NCBI GenBank assembly: GCA_963817915.1
Contig: CAWFQL010000011.1
Span: forward strand, 32,001-96,000
Source: an uncultured candidate division Zixibacteria bacterium
GTDB lineage: Bacteria > Zixibacteria > MSB-5A5 > UBA10806
DNA: 64,000 bases
Direction: 5' to 3'
This document shows positions 10,584 to 21,150 of this stretch, piece after piece (the stretch's first letter is position 1; every line of letters begins with the position of its first letter). The notes beneath the pieces were generated by a model. That model was not told the origin of the DNA, searched no databases, and saw only the letters and a list, made by a program, of their open reading frames with translations. The position numbers were made by a program, and so were the translations under genes.

Positions 10584-11816
10584 ATGAAGAAGAAATGGTA
10601 TTTTATTATCGGTGGAATAATAATCCTGGCGATTTTCGTTGTTCTCGCGTTGAAAACCAGTAATAAGAAGAAAATTGATGTCACGGTCGAAAAAGCTCCG
10701 AAGGGCGACATAACTTCCATTGTGACAGCCACCGGCAAAGTAAAAGCCCAAGCCGATGTTCAAATCTCCGCCGATGTCATGGGCCGAATCATCGAGCTTC
10801 CTGTAAAAGAAGGGGATGAAGTCAAAGAAGGCCAGTTACTGCTTCAGATCGATTCCAAATCTCTCCAAATGGATGTTGCGCAGACCAAAGGGAGTCTTCT
10901 CTCCGCGCAGTCCGCATTCGAAAATTCCAAAGTAACTCTCGATAGAATCAAGGGGCTCTTCGCCAAAAAACTTTCATCACAGTCCGATCTCGATCAGGCA
11001 CAAAACGCTTTTGACCAGGCCAAGGCTCAGGTTCAAGTAGCCGAGGCTACATTAGATCGAGCGCAGGATCAGCTGGATAAAAGCACCATCCGATCCCCAA
11101 TGAATGGTGTCATAACTACTCTTAATTCAATTAAAGGTGAAAATGTCGTAATCGGCACCATGAATAATCCCGGCACGGTCATAATGATAATCTCCGATCT
11201 TTCGGCAATCGAAATTGAAGCTCAGGTCGATGAGACCGATATTGCCCAGGTTAAGGTGAGCCAGCCCGTAAAAATCACCCTCGATGCCTTTCCCGATACT
11301 ACTTTCCAGGGGAAAGTCGTTCAGGTTGGCAATTCCGCCATATCGTCAAGCGGCAGCCTCACGGCCGATCAAGTGACCAATTTCATGGTCAAAATTCTCA
11401 TTACCGATATTGTACCCAATATTAAACCTGGCATGACCGCGTCGGTGGATGTAACTGTCGCCAAACAAGAAAATGCTGTCAAAATTCCCTCGGGCGCTGT
11501 CGTGATGCGTACCGAAAGCGCTTTAAAGGAAGATTCCCTTACGGCGCTCGGGAAAATCAAAGATGCGTCGGCTATATCCGAAATCGCCAAAAAAGACGAA
11601 AAGGAAATTGAAGGTGTATTTATGGTCGTAGGCAGCAAGGCCCATTTCGTCACCGTAAAAACCGGCATCAGAGATCAGCAAAATGTCGAGATAACATCGG
11701 GCATTAATGAAGGAGATAGTGTCATTACGGGGCCATATCGTTTATTGAGAACTATCAAAAACCAGCAGGATATCAATCCTCAAAAGCCCAAAAAGGGTCT
11801 TGAGATAGAATCGTAG
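10584..11816 (+). CDS. MacA-like efflux periplasmic adaptor
   Basis: N-terminal anchor, lipoyl-like motifs (GRIIELPVKEGDEVKEGQLL, IRSPMNGVI), VDETDI. Confidence 0.92.
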   Translation: MKKKWYFIIGGIIILAIFVVLALKTSNKKKIDVTVEKAPKGDITSIVTATGKVKAQADVQISADVMGRIIELPVKEGDEVKEGQLLLQIDSKSLQMDVAQTKGSLLSAQSAFENSKVTLDRIKGLFAKKLSSQSDLDQAQNAFDQAKAQVQVAEATLDRAQDQLDKSTIRSPMNGVITTLNSIKGENVVIGTMNNPGTVIMIISDLSAIEIEAQVDETDIAQVKVSQPVKITLDAFPDTTFQGKVVQVGNSAISSSGSLTADQVTNFMVKILITDIVPNIKPGMTASVDVTVAKQENAVKIPSGAVVMRTESALKEDSLTALGKIKDASAISEIAKKDEKEIEGVFMVVGSKAHFVTVKTGIRDQQNVEITSGINEGDSVITGPYRLLRTIKNQQDINPQKPKKGLEIES

Positions 11817-11863
11817 CATGCGTGTGGTGGTGCAGGTGGGCGGATTTTTAAAAGGAGCAAAAT

Positions 11864-12550
11864 TTGTTAATTAAAACCTCGGATCTTTGGAAAATCTACC
11901 AGGTCGGGACTGAAGAAGTTCAGGCTCTTCGGGGTGTGACAATAAATATCGAGAAGGGCGAATATGTCGCCATCATGGGACCATCGGGCTCTGGCAAATC
12001 GACTCTTATGAATCTTATTGGATGTCTTGATACTCCGTCGCGTGGCACCTATGAACTCAACGGCCGCCTTGTTTCCAGTATGAATGACGACGAATTGGCG
12101 CATATCCGAAATAAAGAAATCGGCTTCGTATTCCAGACATTCAATCTACTTCCCCGGGCCTCGGCTTTGCATAATGTCGAATTGCCGCTCATTTATAATG
12201 GTACGACAGCCGTCGATCGTCTATCCAAGGCGAAGGATGCGCTTGCGTCTGTTGATCTTGCCGACCGTATCCATCACCGTCCCAATCAGCTTTCGGGAGG
12301 TCAAAGACAGCGCGTGGCAATCGCCAGGGCGCTGGTAAATAATCCCTCCCTGATTTTGGCCGATGAGCCGACTGGAAATCTCGATACCAACACCGGTATC
12401 GAAATTATGGCCCTGCTCTCCAGGCTTCATAAAGCGGGGAATACTATTATCATTGTCACTCACGAAAGAGATATCGCTACTTACGCCGAACGGATTATCT
12501 ATATCCGCGATGGTATAATCGCCAAAGAAGAAAGAATGTCCAAAGTATAA
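11864..12550 (+). CDS. MacB/LolD-type ABC ATP-binding protein
   Basis: Walker [18 protein letters not shown] signature, [10 protein letters not shown]. Confidence 0.95.
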   Translation: MLIKTSDLWKIYQVGTEEVQALRGVTINIEKGEYVAIMGPSGSGKSTLMNLIGCLDTPSRGTYELNGRLVSSMNDDELAHIRNKEIGFVFQTFNLLPRASALHNVELPLIYNGTTAVDRLSKAKDALASVDLADRIHHRPNQLSGGQRQRVAIARALVNNPSLILADEPTGNLDTNTGIEIMALLSRLHKAGNTIIIVTHERDIATYAERIIYIRDGIIAKEERMSKV

Positions 12551-12561
12551 GGGCCAGTTTT

Positions 12562-13779
12562 ATGTGGTTTATTGAAGGCGTCCTTATGGCAATCCAGGCG
12601 ATCTGGGCCAATAAACTCAGGTCTGTTCTTACCCTTATTGGTATTATCATAGGTATTACAACTGTTATAGCCGTGGTTTCCATTATCAATGGCATGAATA
12701 ATTATGTTGGCGCGAAAATCAATTCCATGGGTTCTAATACTTTTATTATAGATAGAGAAGGTATTGTCACATCAGAAGAAGATTGGCTCAATGCCCAAAA
12801 GCGTAAGAAGATGACTATCGAAGACATGCGCGCCATTGAACGGTATTGCAATCTCTGCGTCACGGTCGGTGGCTCGGTAGAGACCACGCGAAGAATAAAA
12901 TACGGATCTGATTATCTCGAAGATGTTTCTATCTCAGGCTCGACATTCAATTTTTTCGATGTCACCGATGTCGAACTCGACTATGGACGAGCGCTTAATG
13001 AATCCGATGAAATTCATCACAGCTCAGTTTGTCTGATTGGCCCTGACGTCGTGACGAATCTTTTTAAACGCGGCCAGGCGTTAGGCAAGGACATAAAAAT
13101 AGGCGAATATTATTTCAGAATTGTCGGCGTCGGGAAGGCCAGAGGATCATTTTTGGGAAATAACCAGGATAATTGGGTGGTTGTGCCATTGACCGCTTAT
13201 GAAAAATGTTTCGGCAGACGAAGAAGCATTACTATCTACGCTAAAGCCGCCAGTGCGAGCATGCTTGAAGATGCTCAGGATCAGGCTCGGATGGTTATTC
13301 GAAGCCGTCACAAACTCAAATATGATCAAAAGGATGATTTCGGAATATTTAACGCCGCTTCTTTGATGCAGCTATATTCTAATTTTACCGGTGCTGCCTG
13401 GATTGTATTGACTTTGATTTCCTCGATCTCGTTAATCGTCGGCGGTATCGTTATCATGAATATCATGCTCGTTTCGGTCACTGAACGAACCCGCGAAATC
13501 GGCGTGCGAAAGGCTATCGGTGCCAAAAGGAGGGATATCCTCTGGCAATTCCTTGTTGAAGCTGTCACTTTATCCGCTATTGGCGGAGTAGTTGGAGTAT
13601 TATCCGGGATTTCATTAGCTCTTATAATAGGGAAATTTTCTCCACTGCCGGCCTCCATCGAACTGTGGGCTGTTCTGAGCGGTCTCGGTGTCGCATCCAG
13701 CGTTGGGATAATTTTTGGCATATTCCCAGCGCTTAAAGCCTCCCGCCTCGATCCTATCGAAGCCTTGAGGTACGAGTAA
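12562..13779 (+). CDS. MacB/FtsX-type ABC permease
   Basis: RSVLTLIGIIIG and GGIVIMNIMLVSVTERTREIGVRKAIGA motifs. Confidence 0.95.
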   Translation: MWFIEGVLMAIQAIWANKLRSVLTLIGIIIGITTVIAVVSIINGMNNYVGAKINSMGSNTFIIDREGIVTSEEDWLNAQKRKKMTIEDMRAIERYCNLCVTVGGSVETTRRIKYGSDYLEDVSISGSTFNFFDVTDVELDYGRALNESDEIHHSSVCLIGPDVVTNLFKRGQALGKDIKIGEYYFRIVGVGKARGSFLGNNQDNWVVVPLTAYEKCFGRRRSITIYAKAASASMLEDAQDQARMVIRSRHKLKYDQKDDFGIFNAASLMQLYSNFTGAAWIVLTLISSISLIVGGIVIMNIMLVSVTERTREIGVRKAIGAKRRDILWQFLVEAVTLSAIGGVVGVLSGISLALIIGKFSPLPASIELWAVLSGLGVASSVGIIFGIFPALKASRLDPIEALRYE

Positions 13780-13852
13780 TGTCAAAACCATATATATCAT
13801 TCAATAATCATTGCATTTTAGGACTTGTTCTAAATGTCAGAAGGAAAAGCGC

Positions 13853-15097
13853 ATGAGTCTCCATGAACTCAAAGAAAGTATTCTTTTGGCGTTTGGCACT
13901 TTCCGTGTCCATAAAATGCGATCATTCCTTACAGTGCTTGGCGTTTTGATAGGAGTATTTTCGATAATTACCGTCGTATCGGTTATCACCGGTCTCAATA
14001 ATTCCATGGCGCGCCAGATCGAATCGCTCGGCTCCAATGTCATATATGTGGCAAAATATAAGCCCGGTATCGTCATGGGCCGTCGGCCGGCGTCCGAAAG
14101 AAATCGAAAAGGGATTACATTCGAAGATGCTCAGGCTATCAGAGAATCATGCCCGGCGATAATTGCCGTCGCCCCGCAAAATTTCTATTTTCAGCCCGGC
14201 GGCAATAAAGCCAAATACAAAAACAATGAAATCCTAAACCCAACATTTTTTGGCACTGTGTCTGATTATGAAATAGTAAATAATAGCAGTGTGTCCAGCG
14301 GTCGATTCATATCAGATGGAGACGACAAGTCCCGATCCATGGTCGCTATTATCGGCTCCGATGTTGCCGAAAAGCTATTTGAGGGCGAAGAAGCAATCGG
14401 CAAAACATTTTCGCTGTCAATAATGACAAATTCACCGTAATAGGCGTTGCGGAAAAAGCCGAATCCAGCCTTGGCAGCGATGAATAATCGATTTGTCGCC
14501 ATTCCCTATGGGACATTCCAGAAAATACATCCAGAGGAAAAAGAACTCTGGTTATCGCTAAAGGCTGCCTCCCCGGAGGTCATGAATGACGCTATCGATC
14601 AGGTGACCGAGCACATGAGGAGACGACATGGCCTGAAATATAATCAACCGGATGATTTCTCGGTTTTTACGCAAGAAAATTTGATGGAAATATATAAGCA
14701 GATTACTCAGGCAATCTGGTTGGTTATGATTGTTATTTCGTCGATTGGCCTTCTGGTCGGCGGTGTTGGTGTAATGAATATCATGCTCGTTTCTGTTACC
14801 GAACGGACCAAAGAAATCGGTATCCGCAAAGCTGTTGGCGCTAAACGGCGTAATATTCTATGGCAATTTTTGATTGAGGCAATGACTCTATCGGGGTTGG
14901 GGGGTATTTTGGGAATTATATTTGGTGTTGGTGCCGGTCAGATAATAGCCGCGGTTTCCCCCTTACCCGCGGCCGTTTCTATTGCCTGGATTCTTATAGG
15001 ATTTTCTTTTTCGGTCGGAGTTGCGCTGGTATTTGGGATTTATCCGGCCGCGCGGGCCTCGAAACTTGATCCTATCGAGTGTCTCAGGTATGAATAG
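13853..15097 (+). CDS. second MacB/FtsX-type ABC permease (apparent frameshifts near 14410-14470)
   Basis: N-terminal half in ORF 13811-14440; C-terminal half (VSVTERTKEIGIRKAVGA) in 14447-15097. Confidence 0.9.
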
Positions 15098-15199
15098 ACC
15101 TGAAACATTCCTGCAATCGGCAACGTTAACAAAATATATAGGGCATAGATTTTACTTGCAGAGCCATATTTGCGGATAGTAAAATCATTTGGAGGAAGA

Positions 15200-16495
15200 A
15201 TGAAAATAGTTCGAGCCACAATAATCCTTTTCGCTTTGTTGATTACTTCAGGTTTCGCTCAGGACAATGAAAGCCTCAGCGATGATCTTGTTCGCAGGCC
15301 ATTCTATGTTGATTATGCGGCCTTTTATGATACTGCCTCCAGTACCGTCAGGGTTGAAATCTATTATAAAATCTTTTCCTCAAGCCTTTCATATACAAAA
15401 TGGGATGATAAATATAAAGCTTCATATGGGGTTGATATTACCATCATGAAGAAAAATAAACAGGTCACCGGTTCTTCCAGCGATGGCAATCTCGTTGCCC
15501 AGAATTATAAAGATACGATGAATAGAGATGACTTTGTCATAAATACTATGACATTTACTCTTCAGCCGGATGATTATGTCTTGTCGGCCCGTTTGACCGA
15601 TGGTAATTCCGGCGATGTCCTCAAAGAGGAACAGCGGCTGGATCTTGAAAAATTTCATCAAAATTCTCCCTCATTATCGACAATAGAATTTGTCAGAGAG
15701 ACCGGGGAGGCAGTCGAAAAATCTCAATTCACCAAAGGGGCAATCAAGGTAATTCCATCGGTGTCAAGGTTCTTTGGTTATAGCGAGCCCGAAATGTATG
15801 TCTATTACGAAATTTACGATAGTCCGGGCTTTAAAGGCGAATATCTGGCCACTTATGAAATACGTGATGGCAACAAAGTAATTATGGCCGATACGACCCT
15901 TTTCCCATCTGGTGGCTCAATTACCCAGCGAACGGAAAAATTTGAATTGGATGAATTACTCCCTGGAAAATATGAGCTGGATGTGAAAATCAAATCGCCG
16001 GGAAATAAATTCGAACTGAAAAGTAGAGCCAACTTCGGTATAGAATGGTCAGTACTGGCAATAGTCAAAAATGATTACAAAACAGCCGTAGACCAGCTTA
16101 AATATATAGCGTCAAAAGCAGAAATAGATTCACTCTTGAAAGCGCCGCCGGACCAGAGAATAAAATACTGGAATGATTTCTGGAAATCCAAAGACCCGAC
16201 TCCCAGCACTAAAGAAAATGAATTAATGGATGAATATTATAAGAGAATCAGATATTCCGAATTGAATTATGGACGGTCAGGCAGGGATGGATGGAAGACA
16301 GATATGGGAATGATATATATCACCTACGGTCCGCCCGATGAAATCGAACGCCATCCGTTCGACCTGGATTCGAAACCGTATCAGATCTGGTACTACTACA
16401 CACAGAAAAAACGATTTATCTTCGTTGATCTGAATGGATACGGCGATTATGAATTGCAATACCCCTTTGATGGCGACTTGAGCAAGTTAAGGTGA
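15200..16495 (+). CDS. GWxTD domain-containing secreted protein
   Basis: Signal peptide; FWKSKDP..EYY.RI.Y..GWKTDMGMIYITYGPPD. Confidence 0.9.
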   Translation: MKIVRATIILFALLITSGFAQDNESLSDDLVRRPFYVDYAAFYDTASSTVRVEIYYKIFSSSLSYTKWDDKYKASYGVDITIMKKNKQVTGSSSDGNLVAQNYKDTMNRDDFVINTMTFTLQPDDYVLSARLTDGNSGDVLKEEQRLDLEKFHQNSPSLSTIEFVRETGEAVEKSQFTKGAIKVIPSVSRFFGYSEPEMYVYYEIYDSPGFKGEYLATYEIRDGNKVIMADTTLFPSGGSITQRTEKFELDELLPGKYELDVKIKSPGNKFELKSRANFGIEWSVLAIVKNDYKTAVDQLKYIASKAEIDSLLKAPPDQRIKYWNDFWKSKDPTPSTKENELMDEYYKRIRYSELNYGRSGRDGWKTDMGMIYITYGPPDEIERHPFDLDSKPYQIWYYYTQKKRFIFVDLNGYGDYELQYPFDGDLSKLR

Positions 16496-16499
16496 TTAA

Positions 16500-17902
16500 A
16501 TGAAGACTGCGAAATTGTTTTCGATCGTTATAGGCCTGTTTTTTGTATTTGCTATCAATGTTTACGGCCAGATCAATTCCGGAGATTCTCTATATATTGT
16601 CGCCGATTATGCTGCCTTCAGGCTCGAGGGCGATTCGGCCAATTCTTATGTGGAAGTATTTTACAATCTCTTCCGAAGCAGCCTCAGGCATGAGCCCGCG
16701 ACATCCGGCTATGTCGCCATGATCGCCATGAAATTGTCATTAAGCGACACCAATGGCGTTCTGATTGACTCAACCAGCTGGACCGCTGCCAGCAAAATCG
16801 AATCCTTGTCATCGCTGCAGGATTCCACATATCTTATTTCAGATATAATTGGCGAAAAGCTGCCGGTCGGGAAATATATATTGGATATTTACGCTTCCAA
16901 TGGCGGTCGCAATGGCCATTGCGCAATTAAGATGGAAGTGCCATCCTATAAAGGGACCGAACTAACCCTTTCATCAATCGAATTAGCCTATGAAATAACT
17001 CCCGACAGTTCAGGTAAATTTCTTAAGGCGGGTTATCGAGTGATGCCAAATCCCTCGAGAACTTTTTACCTTGATAAGAAAGCCGTATACTCTATGCCGA
17101 GGCGTATAATCTCAGGCCGCCGTCCGGCAGTGATACGACATATACAATATCGCTCGCGATTTTCGGTTCCGATGGAGCATCGATCAAAACCATTCCGGCT
17201 GTCAGCTACAAAAAGCCGGGCGATTCTGCCGTGCTGATGACTGGATTCTCCATTGCCACATTGAAACCGGGACAATATGATTTGCGTCTGACTTTGTCCG
17301 ACGGTCAATCGATCTGTACAGGCAGTCGAGATTTCAAAATCCTCGCGACAAAAGAACAGTTGAAATATGCTCAAAAGAGCAATGTTTTCAAGGATTTCCC
17401 CGAGGCTAATGACATTCGCACCGACGTGGACGCCAAAAAATTCAGGGACGAAATCTTATATATTGCCAGCGGATCCGATTTAAAATTGTATGATTCCCTG
17501 AATCTCACCGGAAAAGCCAATTTTCAAAAGGAATTCTGGAATAAGAGAAATCCAAATCCGAATAACCCCGTAAATACATTCGAACTGGAGCATTATCGAC
17601 GGTTCCAATATGCTAACAACGTATACGGTAAATACGGCGGCACCTCTAATGGATGGAAAACCGATCGAGGTAGAGTATATATAATCTACGGCGAGCCGTC
17701 CAATGTCGAACGATATCCTTCATCGCTTGATTCGCGCGCCTGGGAAAGATGGTGGTATGATAGCCTCGAGGGTGGCGTCTATTTCATTTTTGTCGATTTT
17801 GAAATAGGCAGTGACTATGCGCTTGTTCATTCATCTAAACAAGGCGAAATAAGAGATCTCGAATGGGAAAACAAGATCAAAATGACTTTATATCAGAGAT
17901 AG
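16500..17902 (+). CDS. second GWxTD domain-containing protein (apparent frameshift near 17090)
   Basis: N-terminal Ig-like part in 16500-17237; GWKTDRGRVYIIYGEP in 17231-17902. Confidence 0.88.
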
Positions 17903-18086
17903 AAATCTGATTTGATTAGAAATATAAAATCACAGTAACGCCATACTTCTCTATAATCAACGAAACTTAATATTGTCTGCGAAAGTTTATCTTCAGTTAT
18001 GTTCGTTTGTATTGACCTTCAAAGTCAAAAATAGGTATATTAATTCTATGACAATTTTTAATAGCGGCGTAAGATAGGACAACACA

Positions 18087-19847
18087 TTGGAAAATATAAT
18101 TAGCGAAATAAATTCCGGTAATATGGAAGAATTTCTTCTTGAATCGATTAGGAATATTAATTCCGATCCCAGATTGATGAATGTAATTCATAATGCACTC
18201 GGGGTGATTCGCAATCGATTCGATGTCGACATGGCAGGTGCGATTTTGCTCGATCTGCATGATTATTGCCCCATCCTTTACGCCTTGACCAAAAATGATC
18301 CTACCTGCACGAATTCATATCCAATCTGCAAGACAGACAGAGTGGCCGATTGGGGGATAGGCAGCCGGAAGCCCATTCTCAGCAACGCCGTTGATCCGGA
18401 AAGCGATTTTGCGAAAGCATTTAAAGGCTATACTAACACGGCTCCAACCAAGTTTATCGGAGTTCCCTTATCTGCAGGCGGAGAGTTTCTGGGAATCCTT
18501 GTAGCCGTTAATAAAACATCAGGCGAGAATTTCAAAGATGACGAATTAACATTATTGTCAATCCTTGGCGAGCAGATCGGCTTGACACTCCGCAATGCCT
18601 GGTATCTCGAAGAGGCTATCCGCGGTTCTAAGGAAGCCAAATCCCTGTATGAAGTCGGTATTGCCCTGTCATCTACCCTCGAACTTGATGAACTGCTTGA
18701 GAAAATTCTCGACAATATTCGCAGAGTCGTCCATTTTGATATTGCTGCCATCTCGCTGGTTAACCCTGCCGACGGCACAATCAATCAAATAGTTACGCGA
18801 GGCGTACAGGAAAACCTCCAAAACGATATCAATGTTAAAATCGGTCAGGGCATCACAGGCAAGGTCGCCCAGACCGGCAAAGGTTTGATTGTCTCCGATG
18901 TCAGTGCAGACCCTAATTACCTGGTATTCAGACCCGAGACAAAATCCGAGATGGCGGTGCCTATACTGGCCAACGATGCTGTAATAGGTGTTTTTAATCT
19001 CGAAAGCGATTTAATAGATGCTTACCATGACCATCACCTGGAGCTTATGAACGCTTTTGCCAGCCTTGCCGGCATATCCATAGAACGGGCTCGATTATTC
19101 AGAGACTCAATCGCCACTCGAAGACTCGAAAACGAGCTTAATATTGCCCGTCGAATTCAGATGACATTTCTACCCGCAAGCGATCCGGTAATAAATGGAT
19201 ATGATATCGCTGGAGTTAATATTCCCTCGACCGAAGTCGGCGGCGATTACTATGATTTTATTCCGATAGTGGATAACCAGCTTGGTGTCGCTATCGGCGA
19301 TGTTTCCGGCAAGGGCATTCCGGCATCGCTCATAATGGCGGCATTTCGAGCCTCCCTAAAAGCCGAAATCAGAAATAATTTCGCTATCAGGGCCATACTT
19401 TTCAAGGTCAATAATCTACTTTTCGAATCGATCGGCCGAGATAGCTATGTAACTGCCATCTATGGAGTGCTCGATACCAAAAATCATATATTCACATTCT
19501 CCAATGCCGGACATAATCCGCCGATTTTAAGGCGCGCCAACGGCCGAGTCGAATACCTTGAAGAAGGCGGGACTGTGCTCGGTTCATTCGCCAATTCCAA
19601 TTACGAAGAGCGCCCTGTCTCTATTTCTAAAGGCGATATTCTGCTTTTTTACACCGATGGCGTTTCCGAGATTATGAACGATCAAAACGAAGAGTTCTCT
19701 GTCGAGCGGATATTGGCGACGCTTGAAAGATCAAAAAGCCTTCCATCAAAAATTATTATCGAAAATATCATCAATGACTCAAAAAAGTTTGCTTCCGATC
19801 ACTCCGATCTCGACGACTTGACTCTAATAGTAATTAAATCGTTATAA
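18087..19847 (+). CDS. GAF-GAF-PP2C (SpoIIE/RsbU-like) serine phosphatase
   Basis: VGGDYYDF, IGDVSGKG, NAGHNPP, YTDGVSE and DDLT motifs after two GAF domains. Confidence 0.92.
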   Translation: MENIISEINSGNMEEFLLESIRNINSDPRLMNVIHNALGVIRNRFDVDMAGAILLDLHDYCPILYALTKNDPTCTNSYPICKTDRVADWGIGSRKPILSNAVDPESDFAKAFKGYTNTAPTKFIGVPLSAGGEFLGILVAVNKTSGENFKDDELTLLSILGEQIGLTLRNAWYLEEAIRGSKEAKSLYEVGIALSSTLELDELLEKILDNIRRVVHFDIAAISLVNPADGTINQIVTRGVQENLQNDINVKIGQGITGKVAQTGKGLIVSDVSADPNYLVFRPETKSEMAVPILANDAVIGVFNLESDLIDAYHDHHLELMNAFASLAGISIERARLFRDSIATRRLENELNIARRIQMTFLPASDPVINGYDIAGVNIPSTEVGGDYYDFIPIVDNQLGVAIGDVSGKGIPASLIMAAFRASLKAEIRNNFAIRAILFKVNNLLFESIGRDSYVTAIYGVLDTKNHIFTFSNAGHNPPILRRANGRVEYLEEGGTVLGSFANSNYEERPVSISKGDILLFYTDGVSEIMNDQNEEFSVERILATLERSKSLPSKIIIENIINDSKKFASDHSDLDDLTLIVIKSL

Positions 19848-20261
19848 TTATCCCCACCTGTGATTATTAGTAACAGGTCGACCTGTCTCATAATCACTTG
19901 AAATATAGTCGTTTACGATTTTGCTAAAAATAGTGTGACTAATTACAACACTTTCGGCTCTCGGGGGCCATTTGTCGGATCGATTAACCCCTTGACTGTC
20001 AACAAGATAGCCTTTGAGCAAATTCGGCACGAGTGTTGCTTTACTGTGGGTGTAGTTTGCTTCTCTCCCCTCAGTAACTTTGGGTTGGGGCTCCGGCAAC
20101 AAGGCGGGGCCCCAGTAAAAAGGGAAAACAAGGAAATCAGAAAACGAAAATAGGCTGAAGAAAATGGCAAACCCCCGGCGATTTTCGTCGTAAACCGGCC
20201 TCCAACATAAAGGCCGGTTGAACTGAACTAAAGTAAGTTTCAAATATCAAAAGGCAGTAAA

Positions 20262-20819
20262 ATGGTTAAGTTTTCAAAAGACAGATTAAAGAGCGAATTC
20301 GAGCAGACAGCTGTAGTCCATCTTGAGTATTTGTATGGATTGGCTCGCGCGTTGACACGCGACACTGTTTACTCGGAAGACCTTGTGCAGGAGACTTATC
20401 TCAAGGCGTATCGCAATTTTGATCTATTCACCAAGGGAACCAATTGCCTGGCGTGGCTTGTCAGGATTATGACCAACACTTATATCAATTATTATCACAA
20501 AAACAAAAAGACGCCTGCTCATCAGGAATTAAATAACGAAATCTGCCCTGATGAAGTATCGCATGAGAATACATTTGTCGATGATTTCAGAGTAGTCGAT
20601 GATGAAGCGTTGCTTGAGAATTTTGTCAGCGACCATATCAAAAAAGCTATTAATTCCCTCCCCGGGGATTATCGCGTAATGATCATAATGTCAGACTTGC
20701 GCGGTTTGTCATACCAGGATATCGCCACGAGCGTCGGATGCCCATTAGGCACTGTCCGTTCGAGGCTCAACCGCGGACGAACCCTATTGAAAAGGAAGTT
20801 GTCGGCAATAAATAATTAG
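20262..20819 (+). CDS. ECF sigma-70 factor
   Basis: EDLVQETYLKAY and SYQDIA...GTVRSRLNRGR. Confidence 0.92.
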   Translation: MVKFSKDRLKSEFEQTAVVHLEYLYGLARALTRDTVYSEDLVQETYLKAYRNFDLFTKGTNCLAWLVRIMTNTYINYYHKNKKTPAHQELNNEICPDEVSHENTFVDDFRVVDDEALLENFVSDHIKKAINSLPGDYRVMIIMSDLRGLSYQDIATSVGCPLGTVRSRLNRGRTLLKRKLSAINN

Positions 20820-20843
20820 CAGTTTTCTGATTCCTCGATTTTC

Positions 20844-20876
20844 AAGACGCTCCGAGCCATTCGGGGCGTTTTTTTT
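20844..20876 (+). terminator. rho-independent terminator
   Basis: ACGCTCCGA / TCGGGGCGT hairpin followed by a T-run. Confidence 0.8.
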
Positions 20877-20894
20877 ATATGGATTAGCTAAGCT

Positions 20895-20990
20895 ATTTGC
20901 GAATCATGGCTTGCCCCAAATGAACGGCGGATAAACCCTGACGGCTATACAATAAAGATGCGGTCATGGTAAACCATGACTCGCAGGAGA
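20895..20990. repeat. REP-like palindromes
   Basis: ATGCGGTCATGGTAAACCATGACTCGCAGG is a near reverse complement of the 6277/7410 family; degenerate partial copy at about 20898. Confidence 0.7.
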
Positions 20991-21150
20991 GTTAATTTTG
21001 GACTTGCTTTATTATAATATTGATATAAATTTATATCATTAAGTCATTTTTTTGTGGGCAAATGCTCTCTCTAATCGATGATTTTGCGCGGACTCTACTA
21101 TGCGGCACAACGAGAAATATGATAGTAGACAAAAATATCTGGGGAAAAAG

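Noticed and set aside
20160..20230. c-di-GMP-I riboswitch (GGCAAACC seed)
   Set aside because: The GNRA loop and the GACGCAAA motif that should follow are absent.
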